A DNA stretch of 64,000 bases from assembly GCA_040403315.1 (NCBI GenBank), contig JBBAKX010000006.1, positions 12,473-76,472 of the forward strand, in the 5' to 3' direction. The translations under genes were made by a program, and so were the position numbers. This document shows positions 39,282 to 52,229 of this stretch, piece after piece (position 1 is the stretch's first letter; the number at the start of each line of letters is the position of its first letter). The notes under the pieces were generated by a model. That model was not told where the DNA came from and ran no database searches. It saw only the letters and a list, made by a program, of their open reading frames with translations. The DNA comes from Flavobacteriales bacterium. GTDB lineage: Bacteria > Bacteroidota > Bacteroidia > M30B66.

Positions 39282-39980
39282 ATGCTTAGAATAGGTAAAA
39301 ATCTCACGAACGATTTGGTTATAAAAGACCGAGCGGCAGAAGATTTTCACTGTATTCTATACTTATCTAATAGTGAATTGGTTGTTGAAGACCTTAAAAG
39401 TCATTATGGAACATTGGTGAATGGATCTAGAATTACTCATGCAATCCTCTATCCTGGCGATGAACTACAGATTGGCTTCACTCGAATTGAATGGCAGAAA
39501 TTAATGCCGGCCCTTCAAGCTATTGGCGACACCACAGATGCTGAATCTTTCTTACAATCGCAAGATCTGAATCTTGAAGTTCGAGATGAGGAACCGAAAA
39601 ATGAGCAGAAGATCAAGGATTCAATTTTAGCTATAGATTATAAAATTGATTCAACTGCAGAGTTGCTCGATAAAGCATTGAATGAACTCACTTTACGAGA
39701 ACTCGACTACCAAATAACGGTTAATCCTACTATTGAAGATAAAAATACTGAACCGATTAAGTCTGATACTCCAAGCGAAGAAACTGTTTCTATTACTCCT
39801 AATCCATTGAATAATAATCTAGTTGGAAGTACAGAAGTGACCCTAAAAACTGAAAAATTAGAGATCGGTAGAAAGCAATTACAGCAAAAGAATCCTTACA
39901 AAGTTTATTATGTTACTTTGATAGCCATGCTAGCAATTATGATTCTATCTGGCTTATTGATCGCCGTTATAACGAGTTAG
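39282..39980 (+). CDS. FHA-domain protein with acidic linker and a C-terminal tail-anchor TM helix
   Basis: The N-terminal FHA domain (LRIGKNLTNDLVI…HYGTLVNGSRI) is followed by a C-terminal TM helix (VYYVTLIAMLAIMILSGLLIAVITS). It lies 3 bp after the preceding FHA gene, which suggests an operon. Confidence 0.7.
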   Translation: MLRIGKNLTNDLVIKDRAAEDFHCILYLSNSELVVEDLKSHYGTLVNGSRITHAILYPGDELQIGFTRIEWQKLMPALQAIGDTTDAESFLQSQDLNLEVRDEEPKNEQKIKDSILAIDYKIDSTAELLDKALNELTLRELDYQITVNPTIEDKNTEPIKSDTPSEETVSITPNPLNNNLVGSTEVTLKTEKLEIGRKQLQQKNPYKVYYVTLIAMLAIMILSGLLIAVITS

Positions 39981-40639
39981 TCCTTCGACAAAGAAATTGC
40001 CTCATTGATAAACCTTACTAGCGGAATTCCAATAGAAAGAGTTTCCGAAACCAGTTTAGAAAATTGTGCGGATGCAACCTCTTTGTCGCTGAAACGCTTA
40101 GAAACAACAAAACTTTTATATTTCAATAAATCTGATGCTGGATGATCTTTTTCAAATCCTCTTGGCATCGACTTCAATTTATCATCCATCAAATCGCCCC
40201 AAGTAGAGTGAAACAAATTTTCACTAAGAATCTTCCGAAGACCTTCAAAATTGAAATTGATTTCTTGACGAATGGCATTTAGTTCAGGAGATTGCGCCAT
40301 ATATATTCCAGCTGCCACAAAAGTTTCTGAAGGCTGTATATGTGCATAATATCCAGCAATAGCTTCCTTCTTATTCCCCGGACTAAGCCAGAAGCCTAGA
40401 TTATTTTTGTATGGGGTTTTGTTGGCAGAAAATCGAGTATCTCTATAGATACGATGTATTGCCTTTGTAGGATTAATTTCTGCAACATCAGGATCGTGGG
40501 TAGACAACTGATGAATAACATCTGTGCAGAGTTGAATGATTTCTGCTCGGGATTGGTCGTAGGTATTTTTATTGGCCTGAAACCAATCCCGTTGATTATT
40601 AGCAGCTAAATCTTTAAGAAATCCTAAGGTTGATTTCAT
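39977..40639 (-). CDS. DUF2461 (TIGR02453) family protein
   Basis: The N-terminus MKSTLGFLKDLAANNQRDWFQANKNTYDQ matches the DUF2461 signature (F..L..NN.R.WF..NK..Y). The start is placed at ATG 40639. Confidence 0.55.
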   Translation of the reverse strand: MKSTLGFLKDLAANNQRDWFQANKNTYDQSRAEIIQLCTDVIHQLSTHDPDVAEINPTKAIHRIYRDTRFSANKTPYKNNLGFWLSPGNKKEAIAGYYAHIQPSETFVAAGIYMAQSPELNAIRQEINFNFEGLRKILSENLFHSTWGDLMDDKLKSMPRGFEKDHPASDLLKYKSFVVSKRFSDKEVASAQFSKLVSETLSIGIPLVRFINEAISLSKD

Positions 40640-40649
40640 TCTTTGGTAA

Positions 40650-41084
40650 TTAGAATGGAAGATCGTCCTGTTCGTCTGATTTAAAGAAAGAATCATTATC
40701 GTTTGACACAGGTTGAAAAGCCGGAGTCGGACTTGGTGTATAACCTTGACCTTGTGGTGCTGGGTTATAATTTTGTTGCGGTGCAGTTCCTTCAGAAGTT
40801 GGTGCGCCAGCAGTTGCAGGATCGAGCTTCCAAGCGCGAACTTCAGTGTACCATCTTTCGTTGTATTCACGAGATTCGATATTGATGCTTGCTTTCACAT
40901 CATCGCCAACTTGATATCTTCTCAGTGAATCAACCTTTTCTCCCCAAACGGAGCAACATATCCTCTTAGGATATTGGTCGTATGTTTCTAAAACAAATTC
41001 CTGTTTCGTCCAGGAACCATTTTTTCCATCCCCGGTAACAGGATTCATTACCTTGATGAGTTTTCCAGTAATTTCCAAAGCCAT
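40650..41084 (-). CDS. DUF3127 family protein (OB-fold-like N-terminus, low-complexity P/Q/G-rich C-terminus ending DDLPF)
   Basis: The segment MALEITGKLIKVMNPVTGDGKNGSWTKQEFVLETYDQYPKRICCSVWGEKV and the terminal DDLPF are characteristic of Bacteroidota DUF3127. Confidence 0.55.
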   Translation of the reverse strand: MALEITGKLIKVMNPVTGDGKNGSWTKQEFVLETYDQYPKRICCSVWGEKVDSLRRYQVGDDVKASINIESREYNERWYTEVRAWKLDPATAGAPTSEGTAPQQNYNPAPQGQGYTPSPTPAFQPVSNDNDSFFKSDEQDDLPF

Positions 41085-41374
41085 AGTGATTAGTCTTGAA
41101 TCATCAAAGATAAAGCATTGTTACAGCGATTTCTGAACTTTGAAGCAGTATTTTTTCACAGCTATTGTGAGTAAGTTTTAAAAAAGTTTCCATCTTACTG
41201 GCATTATTTTCAAATACCTCAATATCAATACAATGTATACTGCTAAAAACTCAGATTTAAGGAAATTAAAATTGAATAAAGGCTTTTTCGCTCACATTAT
41301 GCAAGAAAAGAGGACATTATTTTCGTTCTCCATCAATTGATCTTGAACATTATCATTACAGACACGTTTTTTAG

Positions 41375-41382
41375 TAAATTTG
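41375..41382 (+). promoter_or_regulatory. candidate -7 promoter element TAAATTTG upstream of etfB
   Basis: There is a perfect TAnnTTTG match 34 nt upstream of the etfB ATG (41416). Confidence 0.3.
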
Positions 41383-41415
41383 CAGCCCGAAATCCAAGCG
41401 AAAACACTCTTTTCT

Positions 41416-42153
41416 ATGAAAATACTTGTGTGCATCAGTCAGGTGCCTGACACCACCACGAAAATTTCATTTGTGGACAATGATACCCGCTTCAATGAAG
41501 ATAAGGTACAATATATAGTGAACCCATACGATGAGTGGTATGCTTTGGTGCGTGCACTTGAATTGAAGGAAACACTTGGTGGAAATGTTACCATTATTAC
41601 TGTTGGAACTTCGGCTGTTGATGCAGTCATTAGAAAGGCGCTTGCAATTGGCGCTGACGATGCTATTCGCATTGATATGGATCCAGCGGATGCATACTCT
41701 GTTGCAAAATCGATCGCCGATTACGCCACTGGTAAAGGTTACGATATCATACTTGCAGGGAAGGAAACCATCGATTACAATGGCAGTGAAGTGCCAGGAA
41801 TGATCGCAGCATTATTGAATCTGCCATTTATCGCACTTGGTGCAAAACTCGACATCGAAGGAAATTCTGCCGTTGTTGAAGTAGAACTTGATGGTGGAAT
41901 TGAAGTGATCAAAACAACGCTTCCTGCAGTTATTAGCGCTGCTAAAGGAATGGCAGAAGCTAGAATTCCGAACATGCGCGGCATCATGGCTGCAAGAACA
42001 AAAAATATTGAGGTTATTCCTGGAACTGCCTCAGCTTTAGTTAGTGTGAAAAAATTCACGCTTCCTAATTCGAAATCAGCAGTAAAATTAATCGATCCAG
42101 ACAATATGGATCAACTTGTTGAACTCCTTCATTCTGAAGCTAAAGTAATCTGA
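41416..42153 (+). CDS. etfB: electron transfer flavoprotein subunit beta
   Basis: The N-terminus MKILVCISQVPDTT and the ETF beta fold identify it. The etfA ATG overlaps the etfB stop (tgATAtgg), so the two are a pair. Confidence 0.9.
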   Translation: MKILVCISQVPDTTTKISFVDNDTRFNEDKVQYIVNPYDEWYALVRALELKETLGGNVTIITVGTSAVDAVIRKALAIGADDAIRIDMDPADAYSVAKSIADYATGKGYDIILAGKETIDYNGSEVPGMIAALLNLPFIALGAKLDIEGNSAVVEVELDGGIEVIKTTLPAVISAAKGMAEARIPNMRGIMAARTKNIEVIPGTASALVSVKKFTLPNSKSAVKLIDPDNMDQLVELLHSEAKVI

Positions 42154-42154
42154 T

Positions 42155-43132
42155 ATGGCAGTCTTAATATTCGCAGAAAGTACCAATGGGAAGCTCAAAA
42201 AAGCCTCAATTGAATCAATTTCTTATGGTGCGCGCATAGCAAAAATGCTTGGAACAGAGGCTACCGCATTAGTTTGCGGTGAAGCTTCAGCTGAAGAACT
42301 TGCAAAAGCAGGAACATTCGGAGCTCAAAAGGTTCTTCATGCTAGTCAAATGCCTAGTCATTTTGATCCGCAACTTGCATCAATGCTAGTTCTTAAAGCG
42401 GTTGAAAAAACCGGAGCAAAAACAATCATCTTTAGTCACGACTATGCAGGAAGATCTGTTGCTCCTAGAATATCAGCAATACTTCAAGCTGGTTTGGTTT
42501 CTGGTGCTGTTTCACTTCCCGACCTAAGTGCTGGATTTTCTGTAAAGAAGAATGTTTTTTCAGGAAAGGCTGCTGCTGAATATGTGATTCAGACAGATGT
42601 AAAGATTATTTCACTTCTTCCGAATTCAGTTCCTACGGAACAAACCAATGCATCACCATCCATTGAAGCATTTAATGACGTAACATCTGGGTATGTTTCC
42701 GGTTTGAATATCACCAAAAAATCCATCGACAATTCTGGAGGAATTCTTTTAACAGAGGCCGAATTAGTAGTTTCGGCTGGCCGAGGCATGAAAGGTCCCG
42801 AAAATTGGAATATTGTAGAAGAACTTGCCAATACCCTTGGTGCTGCTACTGCTTGCAGTCGTCCAGTTTCTGATATCGGATGGAGACCACACCATGAACA
42901 CGTTGGTCAAACGGGAATTGCTATTCGTCCGAACTTATACATAGCCATCGGAATTTCTGGAGCGATTCAACACCTTGCAGGAGTTAATGGATCTAAAGTA
43001 ATCGTTGTCATCAACAAAGACTCAGAGGCCCCTTTCTTTAAAGCTGCCGATTATGGTGTTGTTGGTGATGCAATGGATGTAATTCCAAAACTTACTGCAG
43101 CATTTCGTAAGTTTAAATTACAAAACGCATAA
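42155..43132 (+). CDS. etfA: electron transfer flavoprotein subunit alpha
   Basis: 325 aa. It carries the FAD-binding C-terminal region (…PNLYIAIGISGAIQHLAG…). Confidence 0.9.
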   Translation: MAVLIFAESTNGKLKKASIESISYGARIAKMLGTEATALVCGEASAEELAKAGTFGAQKVLHASQMPSHFDPQLASMLVLKAVEKTGAKTIIFSHDYAGRSVAPRISAILQAGLVSGAVSLPDLSAGFSVKKNVFSGKAAAEYVIQTDVKIISLLPNSVPTEQTNASPSIEAFNDVTSGYVSGLNITKKSIDNSGGILLTEAELVVSAGRGMKGPENWNIVEELANTLGAATACSRPVSDIGWRPHHEHVGQTGIAIRPNLYIAIGISGAIQHLAGVNGSKVIVVINKDSEAPFFKAADYGVVGDAMDVIPKLTAAFRKFKLQNA

Positions 43133-43180
43133 TTTGTCCAACATTTCTGACGAAAGTTTCGTACTTTCAACAGATTGCTC

Positions 43181-43798
43181 ATGAAGAAGATCAAGCTCGA
43201 TATTTCGGGACTTTCCTATAGTCAAACCCAGAGTGGAGCCTACGCACTCGTATTAGGTGAAAGTGGTGGTAAACGCAGACTTCCCATCATCATTGGTGGA
43301 TTCGAAGCTCAGGCTATTGCCATCGAACTTGAAAAAATGGCTCCTACCCGCCCTCTTACACACGATCTGTTTAAGACTTTTGCCGAGTCGTTTCAGATTT
43401 CAGTGCAGGAAGTTGTAATCTACAACCTTGTAGAAGGCATCTTTTATGCAAAGCTTATTTGTAAGCAAGATGGTGCTAACGATGTTGAGGTTGATGCGAG
43501 AACAAGTGATGCGATTGCACTTGCGGTTCGGTTTAAATGTCCGATTTATACTTACGAATTTATTCTCAGCTCCGCGGGAATTCTCATAGATGATGAGGCT
43601 TCAGGAACAACATCTTCAAGTGGAGATACCGAAATGGCTGTCGAAGCTGGTTTAAGCAATACGATTGTTTCTGATTCTGGCGATGAACTAAGCCGCAAAT
43701 CGAAGGAAGAATTGAAAGATTTACTTCGAGCTGCAATTGAAGAAGAAGCCTATGAAAAGGCTGGAAGAATCCGCGATGAACTAGCGAAACGTCAATAA
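43181..43798 (+). CDS. bifunctional nuclease family protein (DUF151/BFN) with a C-terminal UVR-like motif
   Basis: The segment YALVLGESGGKRRLPIIIGGFEAQAIA…THDL and the C-terminal EEEAYEKAGRIRDEL (UvrB/C-type) identify it. Confidence 0.65.
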   Translation: MKKIKLDISGLSYSQTQSGAYALVLGESGGKRRLPIIIGGFEAQAIAIELEKMAPTRPLTHDLFKTFAESFQISVQEVVIYNLVEGIFYAKLICKQDGANDVEVDARTSDAIALAVRFKCPIYTYEFILSSAGILIDDEASGTTSSSGDTEMAVEAGLSNTIVSDSGDELSRKSKEELKDLLRAAIEEEAYEKAGRIRDELAKRQ

Positions 43799-43801
43799 TA
43801 T

Positions 43802-44821
43802 TTAACGTAAACGCGCTTCAAGTACCCTGATTTCTCTGCCTGGAGAAGAATATTCGTAAAGAATTTTGTGAACGAATGTGCAGATTGGCAAATCCAATCC
43901 GAGATTTTCATTAATTTTCATAAGCGATTTCACAGCAAAAAATCCCTCAGCTACCATGTTCATTTCAAGCTGAGCAGATTTAACAGTATAGCCTTTACCA
44001 ATCATTTGACCGAAAATTCGATTCCTTGAAAATTGGGAATAAGCAGTAACCAATAAATCGCCGAGGTACGCACTCTCGTTAATATCTCGATTTTTTTTCG
44101 GAACAGTAGCATCGAGAAATCGCTTGATTTCCTGCATTGCATTGGCTACTAGAACTGCCTGAAAATTATCACCGTAATTCATTCCTCTTGTAATACCCAC
44201 CGCTAGCGAGATGATATTCTTCATAACAGTTGAGTACTCAATTCCTTGCACATCGTTTTCGATGACATGGGTATGAATATATCTACAATTGAGCAAGTGT
44301 GCCATTTTCCAAGCAGGCGGCATAGTGCTCGCAGAAATGGTGAGGTATGATTGTCTTTCCATTGCTACTTCTTCTGAATGGCATGGACCAGCAATGATAC
44401 CTATTTGATCAATTGAAACACCGAAAGTATCTTGTAAATAGCTGGTTACCAATTGATCAGAACCAGGAATCATACCTTTGATAGCAGAAAAAATAAGCTT
44501 CCCATGAAAGTCGGATTCCGATAAATCTTTCAGGGCTTCTGAAATGTAAGCAGCAGGCAAGGCAAGAATCACAAAATCAGATTTTGATATAGCATCTCTG
44601 ATATCGTGATTTGGTGCAACCTTGTTAAGATCCAAATCAATATCAGAAAGGTACTTCGGATTTCTAGAAAACTCTAAAATGTAATTAGTTTGCTCAACTG
44701 AGCGCATCCACCAATTGATCCTAACAGGCCCTTCGCTAAGAATCTTCACTATAGCTGTTGCCCAGCTTCCCGCGCCAATAACGGCAACAGAAGGCATGTG
44801 AAGGGATGGTTGTTCGCTCAT
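43802..44821 (-). CDS. gpsA: NAD(P)H-dependent glycerol-3-phosphate dehydrogenase
   Basis: It has the Rossmann motif VAVIGAGSWATAI and a GpsA C-terminal domain. The product is 339 aa. Confidence 0.9.
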   Translation of the reverse strand: MSEQPSLHMPSVAVIGAGSWATAIVKILSEGPVRINWWMRSVEQTNYILEFSRNPKYLSDIDLDLNKVAPNHDIRDAISKSDFVILALPAAYISEALKDLSESDFHGKLIFSAIKGMIPGSDQLVTSYLQDTFGVSIDQIGIIAGPCHSEEVAMERQSYLTISASTMPPAWKMAHLLNCRYIHTHVIENDVQGIEYSTVMKNIISLAVGITRGMNYGDNFQAVLVANAMQEIKRFLDATVPKKNRDINESAYLGDLLVTAYSQFSRNRIFGQMIGKGYTVKSAQLEMNMVAEGFFAVKSLMKINENLGLDLPICTFVHKILYEYSSPGREIRVLEARLR

Positions 44822-44824
44822 TGT

Positions 44825-45964
44825 TTAAACAAGTACTTCAGGTTGAAAAATCTCTTGCAACTTGGTTATTGTGAATTCTATTTCTTCTTTGGTGTTGTAC
44901 TTACTGAATGAAAATCGAACATTAGCACGTGTTGGATCTACATTTAATGCTTTTAACACATGCGAACCAACATCCGAACCCGAAGAACACGCACTTCCTC
45001 CAGATACCGCAATTCCATTGATGTCTAGGCTAAACAGCAACATATCACCAACCGACGATGGTGGAAAACTCACATTTAACACTGTATACAAGGAATCATC
45101 TGAAATATCACCATTGTATGAAACACCTGGAAGAACTTCATTGAGCCTTGAAATCATGTAGTTTTTTAATCCTTTGATATGCGTTTCATGCTCATGAAGA
45201 TCGCGGTATGCAATTTCTAATGCCTTCGCTAATCCGATAATTCCATATAGGTTTTCGGTACCACCGCGCATATTTCTTTCTTGCGCACCACCATAAATAA
45301 ATGGTTGAATTCCTGTACCAGAGCGAATAAAAATAAATCCAACGCCTTTAGGACCGTGAAATTTATGTGCAGCGCAACTTAAGAAATCAACTGGAATTTC
45401 TTTAAGATCGAGCGCGTAATGCCCCATCGTTTGCACAGTGTCGGTATGAAAAATACCATTGTGCTTTTTTACCATTTCTGCGATTTGCTTCAATGGGATG
45501 CGTGTAGCTATTTCGTTGTTTGCGTGCATCAACGAAACCAAACTTCTTGAGTTATTGCTCAGCAACTGTTCTAAATGATCAAGATCAACACCCCCTTTTT
45601 CATCAAGATTTACAATACTGAGTTTAATTTTCCCGTCATGAGCAAGTACTTCAAGTGTATGTAGAACTGCATGGTGTTCAGTTGGAGAAGTGATCGCATG
45701 GGTGATGCCTAGATCTGTAATTGTTCTAGTGAGTGCCATGTTGTTGGCTTCGGTTCCACCTGAAGTAAAGAAAATTTCAGCAGGTGCAACATTGAATACC
45801 GCAGCAATAGCCTTCCTTGATTTTTCTATCGCAGCGCGGGTAACCCTTCCATAAGAATGGATGGAAGATGGATTCCCGAAATGCTCGCGCATGTAAGGTA
45901 AAATGGCTTCAATAACTTCATCATCCAGGCGCGTGGTTGCAGCGTTGTCAAGATAAATGGGCAT
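44825..45964 (-). CDS. cysteine desulfurase (class V aminotransferase, NifS/IscS-like)
   Basis: 379 aa. It carries a PLP-lysine region (…SCAAHKFHGPKGVGF…) and the active-site cysteine loop (SGGSACSSGS). Confidence 0.85.
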   Translation of the reverse strand: MPIYLDNAATTRLDDEVIEAILPYMREHFGNPSSIHSYGRVTRAAIEKSRKAIAAVFNVAPAEIFFTSGGTEANNMALTRTITDLGITHAITSPTEHHAVLHTLEVLAHDGKIKLSIVNLDEKGGVDLDHLEQLLSNNSRSLVSLMHANNEIATRIPLKQIAEMVKKHNGIFHTDTVQTMGHYALDLKEIPVDFLSCAAHKFHGPKGVGFIFIRSGTGIQPFIYGGAQERNMRGGTENLYGIIGLAKALEIAYRDLHEHETHIKGLKNYMISRLNEVLPGVSYNGDISDDSLYTVLNVSFPPSSVGDMLLFSLDINGIAVSGGSACSSGSDVGSHVLKALNVDPTRANVRFSFSKYNTKEEIEFTITKLQEIFQPEVLV

Positions 45965-45984
45965 ATAGATGGTTTTATTTGTGA

Positions 45985-47421
45985 TCAGGAATTAAGCATC
46001 ATGTCGGAGGTAAACTCCTTGATATCAAGAATGATCTTGTTTGCCAAATTATCGGCAGTTGTCATGTTTTCAGCCTCACTATAAATTCGAATGATCGGCT
46101 CAGTGTTCGATTTTCTAAGGTGAACCCATTGATTATCGAATTCGATTTTAACACCGTCGATAGTATTGATTGGCTGCTTTGCATATTTCTGCTGAACGCG
46201 GCTCAACACTTCATCCACGTTGATTTCTGGAGTGAGTTCAACCTTGTTTTTGGAAATGAAATAGTTCGGATAAGTTGCTCGTAGCATCGAAACAGATTTT
46301 CCAAACTTAGCTAAATGCGTTAAGAATAGAGCGATTCCAACCAAGGCATCTCTGCCATAATGCAATTCAGGGTAGATGATTCCACCGTTTCCTTCACCGC
46401 CAATTATTGCTTGGTTTGCCTTCATCATATCGACCACATTCACCTCGCCAACTGCTGACGCAAAATACTGATTACCATTATTTTCAGTAACTTCACGTAA
46501 AGCACGAGTTGAACTTAAATTGGAAACAGTATTTCCTGGTGTATGTTTCAAAATGTAGTCTGAAACAGCAACCAATGTATATTCTTCACCGAACATTTCG
46601 CCATCCTCGCAAACCAAAGCAAGGCGATCTACATCTGGATCTACCGAAATTCCTAAATGCGACTTGGTTTTTACAACAGTTTCGCTTAAGTCGCGAAGAT
46701 TTTCAGGCAAAGGCTCCGGGTTGTGCGGGAAATGCCCGTCTGGAACACAGAACAATTCAGTAACCTGCTCCACACCAAGCGCCTTTAATAGCATCGGAAC
46801 GGCAATTCCACCAGTTGAATTCACAGCATCCACCACGACTTTGAAGTTCGCTTTTGCGATCGCTTCTTTGTCGACAAGTGGAAGATTTAAAACCATTTCA
46901 ATGTGCTTTGCAAGGTATCCATCGAGATGAATATGCTTCCCTAAGTCATTTACATCTGCATAGCTAAAATCCTCGTTTTCTGCGATGTTCAATACTTTTT
47001 GACCATCCTCAGCAGAAATGAATTCACCTTTTTCATTCAATAATTTAAGGGCATTCCACTGTTTTGGGTTGTGACTGGCTGTTAGGATGATTCCTGCGTG
47101 CGCTTTTTCCTCAGCAACAGCTACTTCCACTGTTGGCGTGGTGCTCAAACCAAGATCAATCACATCAATCCCCATCCCTTGCAATGTTCCTACTACAAGA
47201 TTTGTAAACATCTGACCAGAAATCCTAGCATCACGGCCAATTACAATGGTTAATTTACCCTGCGGTTGGCGAGCTTTCACCCAAGTTGCGAAGGCTGAAG
47301 TGAATTTCACAATATCTACCGGCGACAATCCTTCGCCTGGCTTCCCTCCTATTGTTCCTCTAATTCCTGATATTGATTTGATCAACGACATGGTTAAGAT
47401 TTTCTCTAAAGTGTTTAGCAA
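45985..47421 (-). CDS. glmM: phosphoglucosamine mutase / phosphohexomutase family
   Basis: The active-site serine loop (TASHNP), metal-binding DPDVDR and the N-terminus SGIRG identify it. The start is TTG 47421 or ATG 47391. Confidence 0.75.
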   Translation of the reverse strand: MLNTLEKILTMSLIKSISGIRGTIGGKPGEGLSPVDIVKFTSAFATWVKARQPQGKLTIVIGRDARISGQMFTNLVVGTLQGMGIDVIDLGLSTTPTVEVAVAEEKAHAGIILTASHNPKQWNALKLLNEKGEFISAEDGQKVLNIAENEDFSYADVNDLGKHIHLDGYLAKHIEMVLNLPLVDKEAIAKANFKVVVDAVNSTGGIAVPMLLKALGVEQVTELFCVPDGHFPHNPEPLPENLRDLSETVVKTKSHLGISVDPDVDRLALVCEDGEMFGEEYTLVAVSDYILKHTPGNTVSNLSSTRALREVTENNGNQYFASAVGEVNVVDMMKANQAIIGGEGNGGIIYPELHYGRDALVGIALFLTHLAKFGKSVSMLRATYPNYFISKNKVELTPEINVDEVLSRVQQKYAKQPINTIDGVKIEFDNQWVHLRKSNTEPIIRIYSEAENMTTADNLANKIILDIKEFTSDMMLNS

Positions 47422-48327
47422 TTACGCCTTAAAATGGAAGTTTTTGAGTTGATTGGTTTCGTGTTCAATAGCTTTGAAGGTTTCAGGACGAACGCTCACC
47501 AAAGGCAATCTCACATTTTCGTCGGTGATTCCCAGAACCTTTAATGCTGCTTTAACACCACCGGGATTTCCGTCAGCAAACATAAGACGCGTGAACTCAA
47601 GCATTGCGTTGTGCATTGGCAATGCATCTTGATAACGGTTCTGCATGCAGTAATTTACCATCGTTGAGAATAACTTTGGAAGTGCATTGGCAACCACCGA
47701 AATCACTCCATCACCGCCAGCTGCTAGAATTGGCAATGTCAAGGCATCGTCCCCAGAAATGATCAAGAAATTTTTGGGTTTGTTTCGGATGATGTTCATG
47801 ATTTGCTCCATATTGCCAGAAGCCTCTTTGATACCTGCAATATTTTTGCACTCTTCTGCAATCCTTAATGTAGTTTCTGCGAGCATATTTGAACCAGTTC
47901 TTCCTGGAACATTGTACAGCAAAATTGGACGAGGAGCTGCATTGCCGAGAACTTCGTAATGACGAAAAATTCCTTCCTGCGTAGGTTTGTTGTAGTATGG
48001 CGAAACAGACAAAATTCCGTCAATTCCAGTGAAATCGAATGACTTCATTTTTTGTTCCAATGCAGCGGTATTGTTACCTCCCATACCTACTGTTATAGCG
48101 CATCTTCCAGCATTTTGCTCAATAACAGTATCAACAACAAGACGCTGCTCTGATTCCGAAAGCGTTACCGATTCTCCAGTTGTTCCAAGTACAACAATAT
48201 TGTTGATCCCGTTTTCTACAAGATGATCTACCAGCTTTTTTAATGCTAGAATATCAGGCCTTCCGGTAACATCAAACGGCGTAATAATGGCTACTCCGGT
48301 TCCGTTGAGTGCTTTGGTTTCTTTCAT
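47422..48327 (-). CDS. dapA: 4-hydroxy-tetrahydrodipicolinate synthase
   Basis: It has the GTTGESVTLS motif and the DapA TIM-barrel with the Schiff-base lysine region. The product is 301 aa. Confidence 0.9.
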   Translation of the reverse strand: MKETKALNGTGVAIITPFDVTGRPDILALKKLVDHLVENGINNIVVLGTTGESVTLSESEQRLVVDTVIEQNAGRCAITVGMGGNNTAALEQKMKSFDFTGIDGILSVSPYYNKPTQEGIFRHYEVLGNAAPRPILLYNVPGRTGSNMLAETTLRIAEECKNIAGIKEASGNMEQIMNIIRNKPKNFLIISGDDALTLPILAAGGDGVISVVANALPKLFSTMVNYCMQNRYQDALPMHNAMLEFTRLMFADGNPGGVKAALKVLGITDENVRLPLVSVRPETFKAIEHETNQLKNFHFKA

Positions 48328-48864
48328 TGTTTATTTTACTGAGGTAATGGATGATGGTATATGCAAATGACTTGATATCAGCCTCTTTATCGATTTGAAA
48401 TGACAAATCATAGCAGAACGCCACAGCACTATTTCCACGTCCAATTTTCAATCCTGCTTTCGAAAGAGCAGCAATGTAATCGATTGGAAAAAAGTCTTCT
48501 AGTGTGAGATTTATCAGGATATCGAACGGTTCCTTGATGAAATTTTCGACAACCGCACCTGAAGGTCTTTTCATCCAATTTACTTGGTCTTTGAAAAAGT
48601 AATCACTTTCGGGCCTTGCTAAAGAATGAAATGTAACCTCTTTGAAGTCGATGTAGCCAAGTGAAACTGGATTTTTCTCATTGCTTCTCAAGTCACGAAA
48701 ATATTCACGAACGATTTCAAAGGTAATTTTGTCGGTGGCGTCGTACAAAATACCGATAGAAGCATTTTTATGGATGTCAGGATCTTTGCGGACGCGCTCG
48801 ACCTTTGATGCATCTTTTCGCAAATGATAACTTGCGTATGAGTTCTTTATTTTTTCGATCATCA

Positions 48865-48865
<1 letters not shown>
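48272..48865 (-). CDS. conserved hypothetical protein
   Basis: This 197-aa ORF abuts ligA exactly (sharing coordinate 48865) and overlaps the annotated dapA start by 56 nt. I recognise no motif in it. Confidence 0.4.
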
Positions 48866-52169
<3,304 letters not shown>

Positions 52170-52178
52170 TTTTTATCA

Positions 52179-52225
52179 TTCACCTGATGTGTACTAAACC
52201 CCACATCAGGTGAATTAAATTTTGT
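52179..52225 (+). terminator. strong rho-independent terminator after the thiolase gene (13-bp perfect stem)
   Basis: The stem TTCACCTGATGTG (52179-52191)/CACATCAGGTGAA (52202-52214) is followed by a T-rich tract. Confidence 0.75.
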
Positions 52226-52229
52226 TCAT

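Noticed and set aside
43133-43180. Possible terminator hairpin ACGAAAgTTTCGT after etfA
   Set aside because: The loop is only 1 nt and there is no U-tract. It is not a credible intrinsic terminator.
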